A stretch of DNA of 55,593 bases from a virus (IMGVR_UViG_3300048835_001002:1-55593); one strand, 5' to 3'; positions 1-10,141 are shown, numbered from the stretch's first letter. Translations and numbers: made by a program. The notes: generated by a model not told the origin, from the letters alone.

Positions 1-630
1 CTATCGCAGCACAATACTAAACGTACCTTCAAATTGGAGATAGAAACCGATCCCGTTCCCACCGTTTACTTCAAAAAGCATGGTAGACGTCCCAGATTTA
101 TTCGGGTTCGCGTAGAACAGCGGGTCAACAACATCTTGATTGAAATCCTTGATCGCAGACTTGTTTGCGCAAGTAATTCCAACCGTGAAATAGATTTCCT
201 TAGCATTTGGATATTTCTTGGGCTCGTTTATGACAGTCCAATCTGTCGGCAATCTCCCTCCTTCTGGGCTAAATATTGCCGTGCGATCTGTACCAGCTAC
301 AATGATTGGTACACCCACCCAAGTGATGGCAAATCTTGCAACGAATCTATCGTAGGGCACGATTCCGTCATATCCGAGAATCCTGCATCTTAAAAGTTGA
401 TTTGCATCGACTTTGATAGCAAACTGCCTTGCAGCCCGAACAAAATCATCCGTAAAGTAGGTCGATGGGCGCTGATCAATCAATTGACGAAGTTGAGCAG
501 AGTATTCCGAATCAGATTGATTGAGCGATCTTGCTTTTTCATCGAATTGCTGTAAGTATAACTTTTTGTTTGCGTTAAAATCTGTTTTTTTGGTTCTTGT
601 GACTTGCGAAGCCTTTGCTTTCTTAGCCAT
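1..630 (-). CDS. Hypothetical protein (209 aa)
   Basis: Complete ORF (TAG at 1-3) with a GAGG RBS before the ATG; no family recognised. Confidence 0.6.
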   Translation of the reverse strand: MAKKAKASQVTRTKKTDFNANKKLYLQQFDEKARSLNQSDSEYSAQLRQLIDQRPSTYFTDDFVRAARQFAIKVDANQLLRCRILGYDGIVPYDRFVARFAITWVGVPIIVAGTDRTAIFSPEGGRLPTDWTVINEPKKYPNAKEIYFTVGITCANKSAIKDFNQDVVDPLFYANPNKSGTSTMLFEVNGGNGIGFYLQFEGTFSIVLR

Positions 631-656
631 TAAATCCTCTTGGATAGGTTGACGAT

Positions 657-1100
657 ATGACTATTAAATTGTACATCATTTCGGCATTGCTTTGTCTATA
701 TTCGTGCGCTGATGACTCGAATAGGGTTTCTATTGAAAAGCCTGGAAGCGGATCACTCGCAAATAGTTCTTCGGAGAAATCTGTCATTATAAATTTCTCT
801 GTTTCTGAAGCTTTGAAACAGAAAAAGAGCCTAAAGGTATACGTAAGCGTATATAGGAACGCGGCTGAAACAGACGAAGTCACTTTTTCCATTTCCGATC
901 CTGTTTCTTTCGACATTTACGCGTCAGCATCATCCCCATCCAAAGCCAGGATCAGCTTTCTACATTTCGAAGACGACACAATAAAGGGCTACACGACTGG
1001 ACGATCTAATAGCAAATGTCCCGATCTTGATTTAAACCCGTTGAAAGGTACGGCCATTGACTTAAAACCTGATCTATTCTGCGAAATGGTGCCTGAATGA
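657..1100 (+). CDS. Putative lipoprotein
   Basis: N-terminus MTIKLYIISALLCLYSC-ADD is a hydrophobic signal ending in a lipobox-like Cys. Confidence 0.6.
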   Translation: MTIKLYIISALLCLYSCADDSNRVSIEKPGSGSLANSSSEKSVIINFSVSEALKQKKSLKVYVSVYRNAAETDEVTFSISDPVSFDIYASASSPSKARISFLHFEDDTIKGYTTGRSNSKCPDLDLNPLKGTAIDLKPDLFCEMVPE

Positions 1101-1395
1101 TATGAATGAGCGCCAATGTACCAAACTCATGCGACAGGCGGCCTGCGTTGACCCCTGGCTTGGTTCAATGTTAGCCTACCCTGGCAGATACAAGCAAAAC
1201 GACTTGGCTCTGTTGTGTGTGCTTCTTAAGCAAAGACATCAAAGCATTGATAGGCAATGAGTTTGCGCTTTTCTTGTTAGCAAACAATGGTGGTGTGTTG
1301 TATATAGGCTTTGATATCCTCGTATACCTTGATTGACAAGGTTTAAGAGACCATGTGATTTTGTAAAGCCTGCTGTGTGTGGGTTTTGTGCTTTT

Positions 1396-1470
1396 GGGTC
1401 CTCCCAAGCCCCCTTTTGCCAATGGTTGACGATCAACCGCCCTCTCTCGCCAAAATTTAAAAATTTTTTG
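1396..1470 (+). other. Lambda-type cos site (cosQ, cosN-like dyad, AT-rich I2-like tract)
   Basis: GGGTCCT (identical to lambda cosQ) at 1396-1402; dyad GGTTGA-cga-TCAACC at 1424-1438 centred 29 bp downstream, close to the lambda spacing; then AAAATTTAAAAATTTTTT; lies just upstream of the terminase genes. Confidence 0.7.
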
Positions 1471-1726
1471 CGTCAACAGCAACACTCCTGTGGAATGGTC
1501 ACGCCACCCACAAACCTATGCTGCTGAGGGACTACAGCTTCCAATTTTTTCGATTTTCCAGTGTTGCTTCTGTGATTTTTTAGCGCTCGCCGCACGGATT
1601 GGTCAACACAGAAGTGTTTTCAAAACTCAGATTTTCCCAATCGTCAAGCCCAGCGAACACCCAGCTCTGTCCGCAGTTTGCGGACATTGAGTTGCTTCCT
1701 ATGGCTGACCACAATCTGCTATTTCC

Positions 1727-2386
1727 TTGATGCAGCCGAATGGTCGGCGTACTTGGAGAAGTGAGTTTTTGGAAAAGCAGACGGCATCCATCCGCGAGTT
1801 TGCACGGATTGTTGGAGTGAACCAGGCATCGGTAAGCCGCGCCGCGAAAAAAGGCGAACGTCTTTCCGCATCTGTGATTCGTGACAGCGGATCGCCCCGA
1901 ATCATCATCTACGATGGCTGCATCGAGTGGCATCAGAACAAGGATCTGCGCAAAGATCGGAAGATGGTCGATCAGCAGCCAGAGGACGGCGATGATGTCG
2001 AAGAGATGACTCCCGCTGAGTCCAACCGCGTCCTTCGGCACTACGAAGCCCTGCAGGCCAAGTTGAGCTTTGAGAAGGAAGCCGGCAACCTTATCAGCAT
2101 CGACAAATTCAAAACCGAGGCCTTCACCGTGGCTCGCGCCACGCGCGATAGCCTTCTCTACCTGCCAAACGAAAGCGAACGCGAATTCAAGCGACTTCTG
2201 ACCGAGTTCATCCGCAACAATCTCGGTGAGGATCGCATCAAGGACTTCACCAGGGAGCTGAATGATCTCGGCCTCGCGTTCCGTGTCTATCAGAAATCCT
2301 CGATCACGAAAGCGTTGAGGGATATGGTAAGTGAGCGTTTTGGCACCGAGTCACTCCTCAAGGAGGACGATGAAACGGCGACCTGA
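1727..2386 (+). CDS. Terminase small subunit (Nu1-like)
   Basis: N-terminal HTH (SIREFARIVGVNQASVSRA), EALQAKLSFEKEAGNLI motif, position before terL; true start may be TTG 1769. Confidence 0.8.
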   Translation: MMQPNGRRTWRSEFLEKQTASIREFARIVGVNQASVSRAAKKGERLSASVIRDSGSPRIIIYDGCIEWHQNKDLRKDRKMVDQQPEDGDDVEEMTPAESNRVLRHYEALQAKLSFEKEAGNLISIDKFKTEAFTVARATRDSLLYLPNESEREFKRLLTEFIRNNLGEDRIKDFTRELNDLGLAFRVYQKSSITKALRDMVSERFGTESLLKEDDETAT

Positions 2387-4229
2387 TTACCTAAGCCCTC
2401 GCCTTGGCACCACGTTCACGGACTATCACTTCGGAATCCGGCCCAACCCCAACATAACGATTGCCCAGTACGCAGAGAAAAACCTCTATCTCGTCTCCGG
2501 TAAAAACCCCTTCCCAGGCCTCGTTGAATTCTCCCGCACACCCTATCTCTTTGAGATCATGAATGCCCTGATGCCCGACAACGGCATCGAGCGCGTCGTG
2601 CTCATGAAGGGCTGGCAGACTGGTGGAACGCTGACGATTCTCGCCTGGATGCTCTGGGTCATGGGCGCCGCCCCAGCTCCTATGATGATCGTTCAGCCGG
2701 TTTCCGAGCTGCGCGACAAATTCTCAAAGCAGCGCATCAATCCGATCGTTGCCAACTGCCGGGACCTTCGGAATAAGGTGGAAGAGCATCAGAAAAATAT
2801 CGCCGGCAGCAAACGCGAGAAAGACACGCTGATATCAAAGCACTTTCCCGGCGGTCACATCACTCTCTCGACCAGCACATCGGAGTCATCGCTCAGATCA
2901 GAGAGCATCCAGTATCTGGCCTTCGATGAAGTCTCGGCCTACGAAGAGGATTGCGAGGGACACGGCGACCCCTGCGGCATCGCGCTGGGCCGCACCTCGG
3001 CCTATGACGGCCGCAAGAAAGTCTTCTACAACTCAACGCCGACGATCAAGGAACACTGCCGCATCGACCGCGAATACCTCGCCACCGATCGGCGAAAATA
3101 TTTCGTTCCATGTCTCAGCTGCGGCGAAATGCAAATCCTGGTCTGGGCGCAGATCGATCGCTCGACGGACAACCCTGCCTATCTTTGCCTCCGCTGCGGC
3201 TATCGTCATTACGAGCAGGACAAAGCGGAAATGCTGCGGCGCGGCGAGTGGCGAGCAACTGCTGCTGCGGTCGACGGTGCCCGCGGCTACCACCTGCCCG
3301 CCCTCTATGCGCCGCCAGGCATGTGGTCCTGGCGAAACTGCCTTGAGCAGTTCCGGAAGGGTGTCGACAACCAGGTCGAGATGAAAGTCTTTGTGAACAA
3401 CTGCCTTGGAGAGCCCTACGAGGACGACACGATCATCACCCGCGATCCGGAATCTGTTATGAGCCTCTGTGAGGACTATTGGCCCGCAGAACGCCTGCCT
3501 CCTGGAATCGGAATTGTTACGGCCGGCGTTGATACCCACCCTTCCCACGTCGATATCGTCACACGCGGCTGGGGTCGCGGCGGCGAAAGCTGGGTGCTCG
3601 ATCGCTGGATCGAATACGGCGACTCGAACGATGGTGAGCTCTGGGACCGGGTTTATGCCCGGCTGCAAACGACCTACCTTCACAATAATGGCTCTGATGT
3701 CCTGCGGATCGCGGCTTCATGTGTCGATACTGGCGGACATAATACTGGCGCAGTATACGAATTCTGCAGCCATCTATTGCGGCAATTCATTGTTCCCATC
3801 AAAGGGGCCAAAGGGGTGGCCGCGCCGATCGTCGACAGGCCAACCGAAAAATCCGAGGCCGGAGTTTACCTCTTCTCGGTCGGCAAGCTCGCCACACACG
3901 GTCGTCTCTATTCGTCCATCGACAAATCCATCGCCAAATTCAGGGAATTTCAGGAGCGAAAAAAAACAGATCAGACCGCCACGTACCGATCGGCTGACAT
4001 CATTCATTTCCACAAAAGCCTGGGCGAAGCCTTCTTCAAAGAACTGACCGCCCCAAAGAGCATCTGGAAAAAATCAGATGGCAAATACCAGCTCACATAC
4101 GAAACCACAGCCGGCGTAGCCGATCATGCCCACGACTGCCTTCGCTACGCCGACGCAGCACGCGAAATCTTCAGTGTGAATATCGATCAGCGTTGCGACG
4201 AACTCGAAGGCACACTGCCCGCCGCATAA
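2370..4229 (+). CDS. Terminase large subunit, lambda GpA family
   Basis: MKGWQTGGT, LAFDEV, YNSTPTI, Cys pairs (PCLSCG, CLRCG), VTAGVDT, CVDTGG, DHAHDCLRYA; AGGAGG RBS before ATG 2370. Confidence 0.95.
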   Translation: MKRRPDYLSPRLGTTFTDYHFGIRPNPNITIAQYAEKNLYLVSGKNPFPGLVEFSRTPYLFEIMNALMPDNGIERVVLMKGWQTGGTLTILAWMLWVMGAAPAPMMIVQPVSELRDKFSKQRINPIVANCRDLRNKVEEHQKNIAGSKREKDTLISKHFPGGHITLSTSTSESSLRSESIQYLAFDEVSAYEEDCEGHGDPCGIALGRTSAYDGRKKVFYNSTPTIKEHCRIDREYLATDRRKYFVPCLSCGEMQILVWAQIDRSTDNPAYLCLRCGYRHYEQDKAEMLRRGEWRATAAAVDGARGYHLPALYAPPGMWSWRNCLEQFRKGVDNQVEMKVFVNNCLGEPYEDDTIITRDPESVMSLCEDYWPAERLPPGIGIVTAGVDTHPSHVDIVTRGWGRGGESWVLDRWIEYGDSNDGELWDRVYARLQTTYLHNNGSDVLRIAASCVDTGGHNTGAVYEFCSHLLRQFIVPIKGAKGVAAPIVDRPTEKSEAGVYLFSVGKLATHGRLYSSIDKSIAKFREFQERKKTDQTATYRSADIIHFHKSLGEAFFKELTAPKSIWKKSDGKYQLTYETTAGVADHAHDCLRYADAAREIFSVNIDQRCDELEGTLPAA

Positions 4230-4250
4230 CCCACACCCACCGGAGCCCCA

Positions 4251-4457
4251 TTGACCCCCGAAGAGGAACTTACGGCCGTGCAAAAGGCCATCGCCACCAT
4301 TCTGGGTGGCGGTCAGGAAGTAGAGATTGAAGTCAATCAGAACCGTCGCCGCATCACCCGCGCAAGCCTCAAGCTTCTCTATGCCCGCGAAAAAGAGCTG
4401 AAAGCCCTGATTCGTCGCCAAAGCGGAGGAGGCATCATCCATGCAATACCTCGTTAA
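4251..4457 (+). CDS. Head-tail joining protein, gpW-like
   Basis: 68 aa between terL and portal; AIATILGGGQEVEI...RRITRASL pattern; TTG start with GGAG. Confidence 0.8.
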   Translation: MTPEEELTAVQKAIATILGGGQEVEIEVNQNRRRITRASLKLLYAREKELKALIRRQSGGGIIHAIPR

Positions 4458-5979
4458 GTCCGAAAGACCAACCATCTGGTCACGGGTGCGAAGCGTTTTC
4501 ACACCGTTTTCACAGGTTGATAACGCCTACCGTTCGACGACACGGGAGCCTGGATCCACAAGCGAGTGGAACCCGCCCTCGTCCAATGCCGACGAATCGC
4601 TCCTGCCCGTCCTCGCCACCTTGCGTGATCAATCCCGCGATCTTGACCGTAATGAGAGCATTGCCCGCGGCGCTCTTGAGAACTACATCACGAATGTTGT
4701 CGGCGATGGACTACGGCCGCAATCCCGGATTGATCATGAATTGATTGGGATCACCGAGGAAAAGGCTCGGGAGTTTGAACGTCGAGCGGAAAAGATCTTC
4801 TCGCTCCACATGAGCAGGAACACTGCTGACTGGCACGGTATGTCAAGCTTTGCCACCCTTCAGGCCCAGGCACTAAGATCCAGCATGCTCGACGGTGATT
4901 GCCTCGCCGTTCGGCGCTTTAGAAATCGTCCTGGCGCCATCCTTGGAACTGCCGTCCAGATCATCGAAGCATCCCGAATCCGTACACCGATGGATATCAA
5001 GTCTGACATCGACGTCCGCGAAGGGGTTGAACTCGACAGGACGGGCATGCCGATCGCCTACCACGTTGGCAAAACCGGCGCCGATCGTTTCCTCGGCAGT
5101 GAGACGGTGCGCGTTCCACGCTTTGACTCCCAAGGCACAGCAGCCGCCCTTCACCTCATCCTCCAGCGCCTGCCACGTCAAAGTCGTGGCGAGCCGTTCC
5201 TCGCTCCTGTGATCGACAAATTCAAACAGATTTCAAGGTACAGCGAAGCCGAGATCGATGCGGCCGTCATCAACGCATTCTTCGCGGCATCACTGACAAG
5301 CGAAGTGGGCGGCATCTTTGGCGATCGCTCGAAGGCCCACCTTGCAAACCCTCAGACGAAACCGCCCGAGCGCAAGTACCACAAGTTTGGCCCAGGCACG
5401 ATCCTTGAGCTTTTACCCGGCGAAAAGCTGGAAGGAACGACTCCGGGCCGACCGAACATGAACTTCGACGCTTTTGTGCAGGCCGTCATCAAGCAGATCG
5501 GAATCGGTTTATCCATTCCCTATGAAGTGCTTACGCAGCATTTTTCTTCGAGCTACTCCGCGGCCCGCGCGGCGATCCTTGAGGCCTGGAAGGTCTTCAA
5601 AGTGCGCCGGGCATGGCTTGTGAGCGAATTCTGCCAGCCCGTCTGGGAGTGGGTGATAGCTGATGCCATAGAAAGCGGGCTGCTTGATGCTCCTGGCTTT
5701 GATGACCCGCTGAAGCGTCACGCCTGGCTCTCCGCGCAATGGTGTGGCACCGAGATGGAAGCCATCGATCCCCTGAAGGAAGCCAAGGCCAGCGAAACCG
5801 AAATCGCCATTGGTGTGAAATCGCGCCGCTTCATTGTGGAAAGCCAGGGCCGCGACTTTGACAAACAGATCCAGGAGTATGAGGAGGAGAATAAAATCTT
5901 CTCTGATCCGGCAGCACAAAGCCAGAACATGGGCAACACGAATTCCGGGCAGGGCCGTCCGCAATCTGCGGACAGCTGA
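4441..5979 (+). CDS. Portal protein, lambda family
   Basis: LRDQSRDLDRN, VVGDGLRPQ, QSRGEPFLAPV, SSYSAARAAILE, IDPLKEAKA motifs. Confidence 0.95.
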   Translation: MQYLVKSERPTIWSRVRSVFTPFSQVDNAYRSTTREPGSTSEWNPPSSNADESLLPVLATLRDQSRDLDRNESIARGALENYITNVVGDGLRPQSRIDHELIGITEEKAREFERRAEKIFSLHMSRNTADWHGMSSFATLQAQALRSSMLDGDCLAVRRFRNRPGAILGTAVQIIEASRIRTPMDIKSDIDVREGVELDRTGMPIAYHVGKTGADRFLGSETVRVPRFDSQGTAAALHLILQRLPRQSRGEPFLAPVIDKFKQISRYSEAEIDAAVINAFFAASLTSEVGGIFGDRSKAHLANPQTKPPERKYHKFGPGTILELLPGEKLEGTTPGRPNMNFDAFVQAVIKQIGIGLSIPYEVLTQHFSSSYSAARAAILEAWKVFKVRRAWLVSEFCQPVWEWVIADAIESGLLDAPGFDDPLKRHAWLSAQWCGTEMEAIDPLKEAKASETEIAIGVKSRRFIVESQGRDFDKQIQEYEEENKIFSDPAAQSQNMGNTNSGQGRPQSADS

Positions 5980-6098
5980 AACCTTTACAGGGAAAGGCCG
6001 CTCGGGATATTCTTCGCCTTGCCTCTCACGAGAGTCTTCCCGGACTGCTCTTTGCCCACCCCCTCGAAATCACGCCCCCAACCACCCGGAGCCCTTGC

Positions 6099-7304
6099 CT
6101 GTCTTTTGCTCTCAGCTACATCACAAGCACCCCATGGGCCATCACCGAAGACTCGCTACGGTCCATGATTGCCATTGCGACTGAACACGGATCAATCGAA
6201 GCGCTTGAAAAAGTGCGTGGCACAAGGGCCAAAAACACCGAGCGCGCGACTGTTCGCAGCGGGGTGGGCATCATCCCCATTCGCGGGCCTCTCTTCAAGC
6301 ACGCAAACCTGATGACCGATCACTGCGGCGCCACCTCCTATGAGATGGTGATGCGCGATTTTCATCAAATGCTGGCTTCCTCGGATGTCCGCAGCATAGT
6401 TTTCGATATCGATTCGCCTGGCGGCGAAGCCAACGGAACATCGGAGCTTTCCGATGCGATCTTCGCAGCCCGCGGCCAAAAGCCTACGGCCGCCTATATC
6501 GGCGGAACCGGAGCAAGCGCCGCATACTGGATTGCGAGCGCCTGCGAGAGGGTCTTTGCTGCAGATTCCGCGATCATTGGCAGTATCGGTGTGCAGCTCG
6601 CTCTGCATAACGAAAAAAATGAAGGTGAAATCCGCTTCGTCTCCTCGCAGAGTCCGAATAAAAACCGCGACCCTGCGACTGAGGGAGGCGCAAAGGACAT
6701 TCAGACCATTATCGATGGCCTCGCCGATGTCTTTATTGGAAAAGTCGCCCGAAATCGCGGCGTCGACCGCGCGGCCGTCCTTGAGAAATTCGGTCAAGGT
6801 GCTGTCTTCGTCGCTGCGGATGCAGAGAGTCGCGGCCTTATCGATCAACTTTCAACACTCGAAAGCGTCATCTCAAACCTTGGAGATCATCAATTGGCAT
6901 CCGATCAGCCAATCACTGCTGAATTTATCAAAGAAAGCCACCCGGCCGTAGCCGAGCACTTCATGCAGCTTGGTGCCGAGCGCGCATTGGCCAAAGTCCT
7001 CGCCGACCAGAAGCGCTCGGAATCAATCAAAGGCATGGCCGAGGGCCTCGTTTCAAACGAATTCTGCCAGACCCTGATTTCGAGCGACATGACTGCAGCC
7101 GATGCAGCCCTGGCCATCATTCAGGAGGCAAAGAAAAACCCACATAAGCCAAAAACAAGCCCAAAAGAGTCCTTTGAAAGCCAGCTCGAAGGGCTCGACG
7201 TACCACCCAAAGACCAACCTTCATCCGCATCACTTGCCGAGCAGCAGGACTGCATTCTTGCTCTCGCCCAAAAAGTAGATGGCTTGAAGATTAAAGGATC
7301 GTAA
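6099..7304 (+). CDS. Head maturation protease (S49 peptidase, lambda gpC-like) with C-terminal scaffold region
   Basis: DIDSPGGE, ASAAYWIAS, GSIGV motifs; the frame extends upstream of ATG 6165 through the typical PWAI motif to a CTG at 6099 preceded by GGAG. Confidence 0.9.
   Translation: MSFALSYITSTPWAITEDSLRSMIAIATEHGSIEALEKVRGTRAKNTERATVRSGVGIIPIRGPLFKHANLMTDHCGATSYEMVMRDFHQMLASSDVRSIVFDIDSPGGEANGTSELSDAIFAARGQKPTAAYIGGTGASAAYWIASACERVFAADSAIIGSIGVQLALHNEKNEGEIRFVSSQSPNKNRDPATEGGAKDIQTIIDGLADVFIGKVARNRGVDRAAVLEKFGQGAVFVAADAESRGLIDQLSTLESVISNLGDHQLASDQPITAEFIKESHPAVAEHFMQLGAERALAKVLADQKRSESIKGMAEGLVSNEFCQTLISSDMTAADAALAIIQEAKKNPHKPKTSPKESFESQLEGLDVPPKDQPSSASLAEQQDCILALAQKVDGLKIKGS
6894..7304 (+). 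CDS. Nested in-frame scaffolding protein (Nu3-like)
   Basis: In-frame TTG 8 nt after GGAG (6882-6885), just past the protease domain; helical ITAEFIKESHP...ERALAKV. Confidence 0.5.
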   Translation: MASDQPITAEFIKESHPAVAEHFMQLGAERALAKVLADQKRSESIKGMAEGLVSNEFCQTLISSDMTAADAALAIIQEAKKNPHKPKTSPKESFESQLEGLDVPPKDQPSSASLAEQQDCILALAQKVDGLKIKGS

Positions 7305-7699
7305 TGGACTTTAACCCTTCCTATCGGGTCGTGGACTCCTACACGCCTCGCCTGATCCATCGCGGCAATTTCCCCACCTACCGCGGATCAGTCACCATTG
7401 AAAGAGGTCAGATTTTAAAGCTGGGCTCTGTGCTTGGCCGCAAAACCACGACCGGAAAATTCGTGCTCTGCAGTAAAACTGCAGACGATGGAACAACGGC
7501 GATCGCTGATGGCAGCGAAAAGCCGGTCTGCATTCTGCAGGTTGACATCGATGCCACGGAGTCCGATAAATTCGCTCCGGTATTTCGCACCGGCGCTTTT
7601 CTCGGACTTGATCTTGTGCTTGGCAAAGGCCACACACTTGCATCCATCGACGACGATCTCAGCCTGCGCTCGATCTATATCGAAAAAGGGGAGGACTGA
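7304..7699 (+). CDS. Head decoration protein (gpD-like)
   Basis: GQILKLGSVLGRKTTTGKF...DGSEKPVCIL motifs; directly before the major capsid gene. Confidence 0.9.
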   Translation: MDFNPSYRVVDSYTPRLIHRGNFPTYRGSVTIERGQILKLGSVLGRKTTTGKFVLCSKTADDGTTAIADGSEKPVCILQVDIDATESDKFAPVFRTGAFLGLDLVLGKGHTLASIDDDLSLRSIYIEKGED

Positions 7700-7704
7700 G
7701 ATAT

Positions 7705-8730
7705 ATGGCTCTTCCCATTTACGGCACCTACTACCTCAATCGCCTGATCACGCGCATCGTGCCAAAGCCCAAGTTCTTTCTTGATCGCTTCTTCCCGACT
7801 GAAGTGCAGTCGACCAAGGAGGATGTCTATTTCGACGAAGCCCCTGGCGTCAAAGCAGGTATCGCTCCCTTCGTGCATCCCCTTGTCGAGGCGCCCATGT
7901 TCCGTGAGCAGGGCTACCGGACCAAATCCCTGCGACCTGCTTACATCAAGGAAAAGACCGGACTCACCCCCGATCGCGGAAACGTCCGCATTGCCGGCGA
8001 AGCGTTCGGCGGTGAACTGACTCCGATGCAGCGCCTTGAACTCATGCTCGCGCGTGATGTTGCCCGTCTTCAGGAACGCTGGCGAAACCGCCTGGAACTC
8101 ATGGCGGCCGAAGTTGTTAAAACCGGGCGACTCACCATCAAAGGTGACGGGATCGATGCTGTACTGGACTTTGAACGCTCGGCAAGCCTCACAAAAAAAC
8201 TCGCTGGTGACAAGGCCTGGACGAACAAGGACCTTCCCATGCGCCAGCATTTTGAAGGGATCCAGCGGGAAGTCGCTTCGCTCAACCTTGGTCAGACGCG
8301 CCCCTATAACGTCATCATGGGACCTGAAGCGTATGACCTCTTCGCTGCGAACAACGAGGTCAAAAGTCTTCTGAATGAAATGATCCGCGGAGCCGACCTG
8401 GAGCTGCAGATCACTCCGGGTATGCAGTCCTTCGAGAGTCTTGTCTATAAAGGCAAGTTCGGCAACGTCCGGCTCTGGGTGTACGAAGCCATGTCCGATG
8501 ACGGCAAGCTCTACATCGAACCCAAGCAGGCCCTTTTTTTCTGCGACAGCATCCAGGGCGTTCAGTTCTTTGGAGCCATCCAGGATCTTGACGCCAACCT
8601 GATGGCACTTAAGACCTTCCTCAAAAGCTGGAAGATCGAGGACCCCAGCCAGCGCATCGTTCTTTTGCAATCGGCGCCCGTCCTTGCCACCTTTGACCCG
8701 AACACGGCGTGCCTTCTCAATGTTGCCTGA
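7705..8730 (+). CDS. Major capsid protein, lambda gpE family
   Basis: FFLDRFFP, IAPFVHP, PAYIKEK, RLELMAAEVV, KSWKIEDPS...LLQSAP motifs. Confidence 0.95.
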   Translation: MALPIYGTYYLNRLITRIVPKPKFFLDRFFPTEVQSTKEDVYFDEAPGVKAGIAPFVHPLVEAPMFREQGYRTKSLRPAYIKEKTGLTPDRGNVRIAGEAFGGELTPMQRLELMLARDVARLQERWRNRLELMAAEVVKTGRLTIKGDGIDAVLDFERSASLTKKLAGDKAWTNKDLPMRQHFEGIQREVASLNLGQTRPYNVIMGPEAYDLFAANNEVKSLLNEMIRGADLELQITPGMQSFESLVYKGKFGNVRLWVYEAMSDDGKLYIEPKQALFFCDSIQGVQFFGAIQDLDANLMALKTFLKSWKIEDPSQRIVLLQSAPVLATFDPNTACLLNVA

Positions 8731-9007
8731 AACGGACGAGCTTTTTGAAGCAGAAGGCCAGCCCTTCGTCGGCACGCTGACCTCGTTTGATCTGCCTTCT
8801 GAGGCCGGTACGCCCGGGCTTCTGACCCGGGTCCATCGGCTTCTCGTCATTGACGAGGTATCACACGGACTTTCGGAAAAAGCCATCATCAGGCGATCAG
8901 CAAACGGCGAATCGTTTGAGATCAAAAACCGGATACGCTCCGGTGTCGGGATTACCGAGCTTGATCTCGGGCAAATCGAATCCTCACCTTTTGAGAGAAA
9001 CTTTTGA
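8720..9007 (+). CDS. Putative head-tail adaptor / head closure protein
   Basis: Small ORF coupled to the capsid stop, at the usual head-closure position. Confidence 0.55.
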   Translation: MLPETDELFEAEGQPFVGTLTSFDLPSEAGTPGLLTRVHRLLVIDEVSHGLSEKAIIRRSANGESFEIKNRIRSGVGITELDLGQIESSPFERNF

Positions 9008-9495
9008 ACTCTGATCTTCCGCTGATTCGCATAAGGACCGGAATCGAAAAGTGCCTCGCCGGGGCACTGCCCGATTTCAAGCGGTTCAATGCCCGCGTGA
9101 CCAAGCTTTCGGAAGCGGATCTGCCTTGCCTGAACCTCTACTTTCACAGGGATCGCCTGGTCAGAAACCAGAATCTCCACGATGACAGGGAGGTTCGCTT
9201 TGAAATCGAAGCGTGTTTCAAGGCGCATTCTGATGCAGAGAGTGAGCTTTCGTTAGCCAGAAAGCGCATCGAGGATGCCATCGAAGGAAACCAGGAATTG
9301 CGAAACATCGTATCAGACTGGTCCTTTCACATGGTGGACTTCGCTCACGAAATGGTCGGAAGCGTGCGCGTTGCCGCCCTTGCCATCACCTGCTGCATCG
9401 AGTACATGAGGCCCCGCCTACCGCCGTCGGTCGAGTTCCCAGGCCCACTGCGCGAAGTCTGGATCAACAGGGAGAAGACTCCATGGACGAGTTGA
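9004..9495 (+). CDS. Putative tail terminator / tail completion protein
   Basis: FNARVTKLSEADLPCLNLY pattern typical of tail-terminator proteins; position. Confidence 0.6.
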   Translation: MNSDLPLIRIRTGIEKCLAGALPDFKRFNARVTKLSEADLPCLNLYFHRDRLVRNQNLHDDREVRFEIEACFKAHSDAESELSLARKRIEDAIEGNQELRNIVSDWSFHMVDFAHEMVGSVRVAALAITCCIEYMRPRLPPSVEFPGPLREVWINREKTPWTS

Positions 9496-10139
9496 CCGCA
9501 GAGCTTCTCGTTGTGGTCCAGGACCTTCAAAGGCGGGTTAATAACCTTCTTCGGCCGGGACGCATAATCGCGGTTGATCCAAAAGCCGAAACCGTTCGCG
9601 TTCGACTTTCCGATGGTGACGGCTCGGAAGGAAGTCTTCCGCTCGATACTCCCTGGATCACGGTGATGCAGGAGCGCGCCGGCGAAACGTCGAGCTGGGA
9701 GTTTCCTGAAATTGGTGAGCAGGTCATGGTGCTATCGCCTGGTGGCGAATTGAGTGGCGGCATGGTCGGACATGCGATTCACTATGCAGACCGCCCATCG
9801 CCATCCACCGATCCCAAAGTGAAGATTCATCGCTTCTCGGATGGCTTCGCGTTCAGCTATGACCAGACCACGCATACGCTTTTGATCTCCCGTCCTTCTG
9901 AGCTGAGCATTGTCATCGATGCCGACAAACTCCAGGTCACAGCCAAAACCATTGAGTTTCAGACTGAAAAAGCGGCCATCCGCAACGCGGCGGGAGACGA
10001 GTTTCTGGGCCTGACCTCGGCAGCTTTCAAATCAGTTCAATCGTCACAGACGGCAACGATGATGGGACCACAACCTCTTCTCCCAGCCGCAAACGAGCTG
10101 CAAGGGATGACCACAAAAATGGACTCATTTGGAGGATAG
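9483..10139 (+). CDS. Baseplate spike protein (P2 gpV-like)
   Basis: NLLRPGRIIAVD, TPWI, RAG, PEIGEQVMVLSPGG, RFSDG motifs. Confidence 0.9.
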   Translation: MDELTAELLVVVQDLQRRVNNLLRPGRIIAVDPKAETVRVRLSDGDGSEGSLPLDTPWITVMQERAGETSSWEFPEIGEQVMVLSPGGELSGGMVGHAIHYADRPSPSTDPKVKIHRFSDGFAFSYDQTTHTLLISRPSELSIVIDADKLQVTAKTIEFQTEKAAIRNAAGDEFLGLTSAAFKSVQSSQTATMMGPQPLLPAANELQGMTTKMDSFGG

Positions 10140-10141
10140 CC

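Noticed and set aside
7675-9228. 517-aa minus-strand ORF
   Set aside because: Antisense shadow of the capsid and neck genes with no motifs; the same applies to 45625-46443, 38748-39635 and similar ORFs
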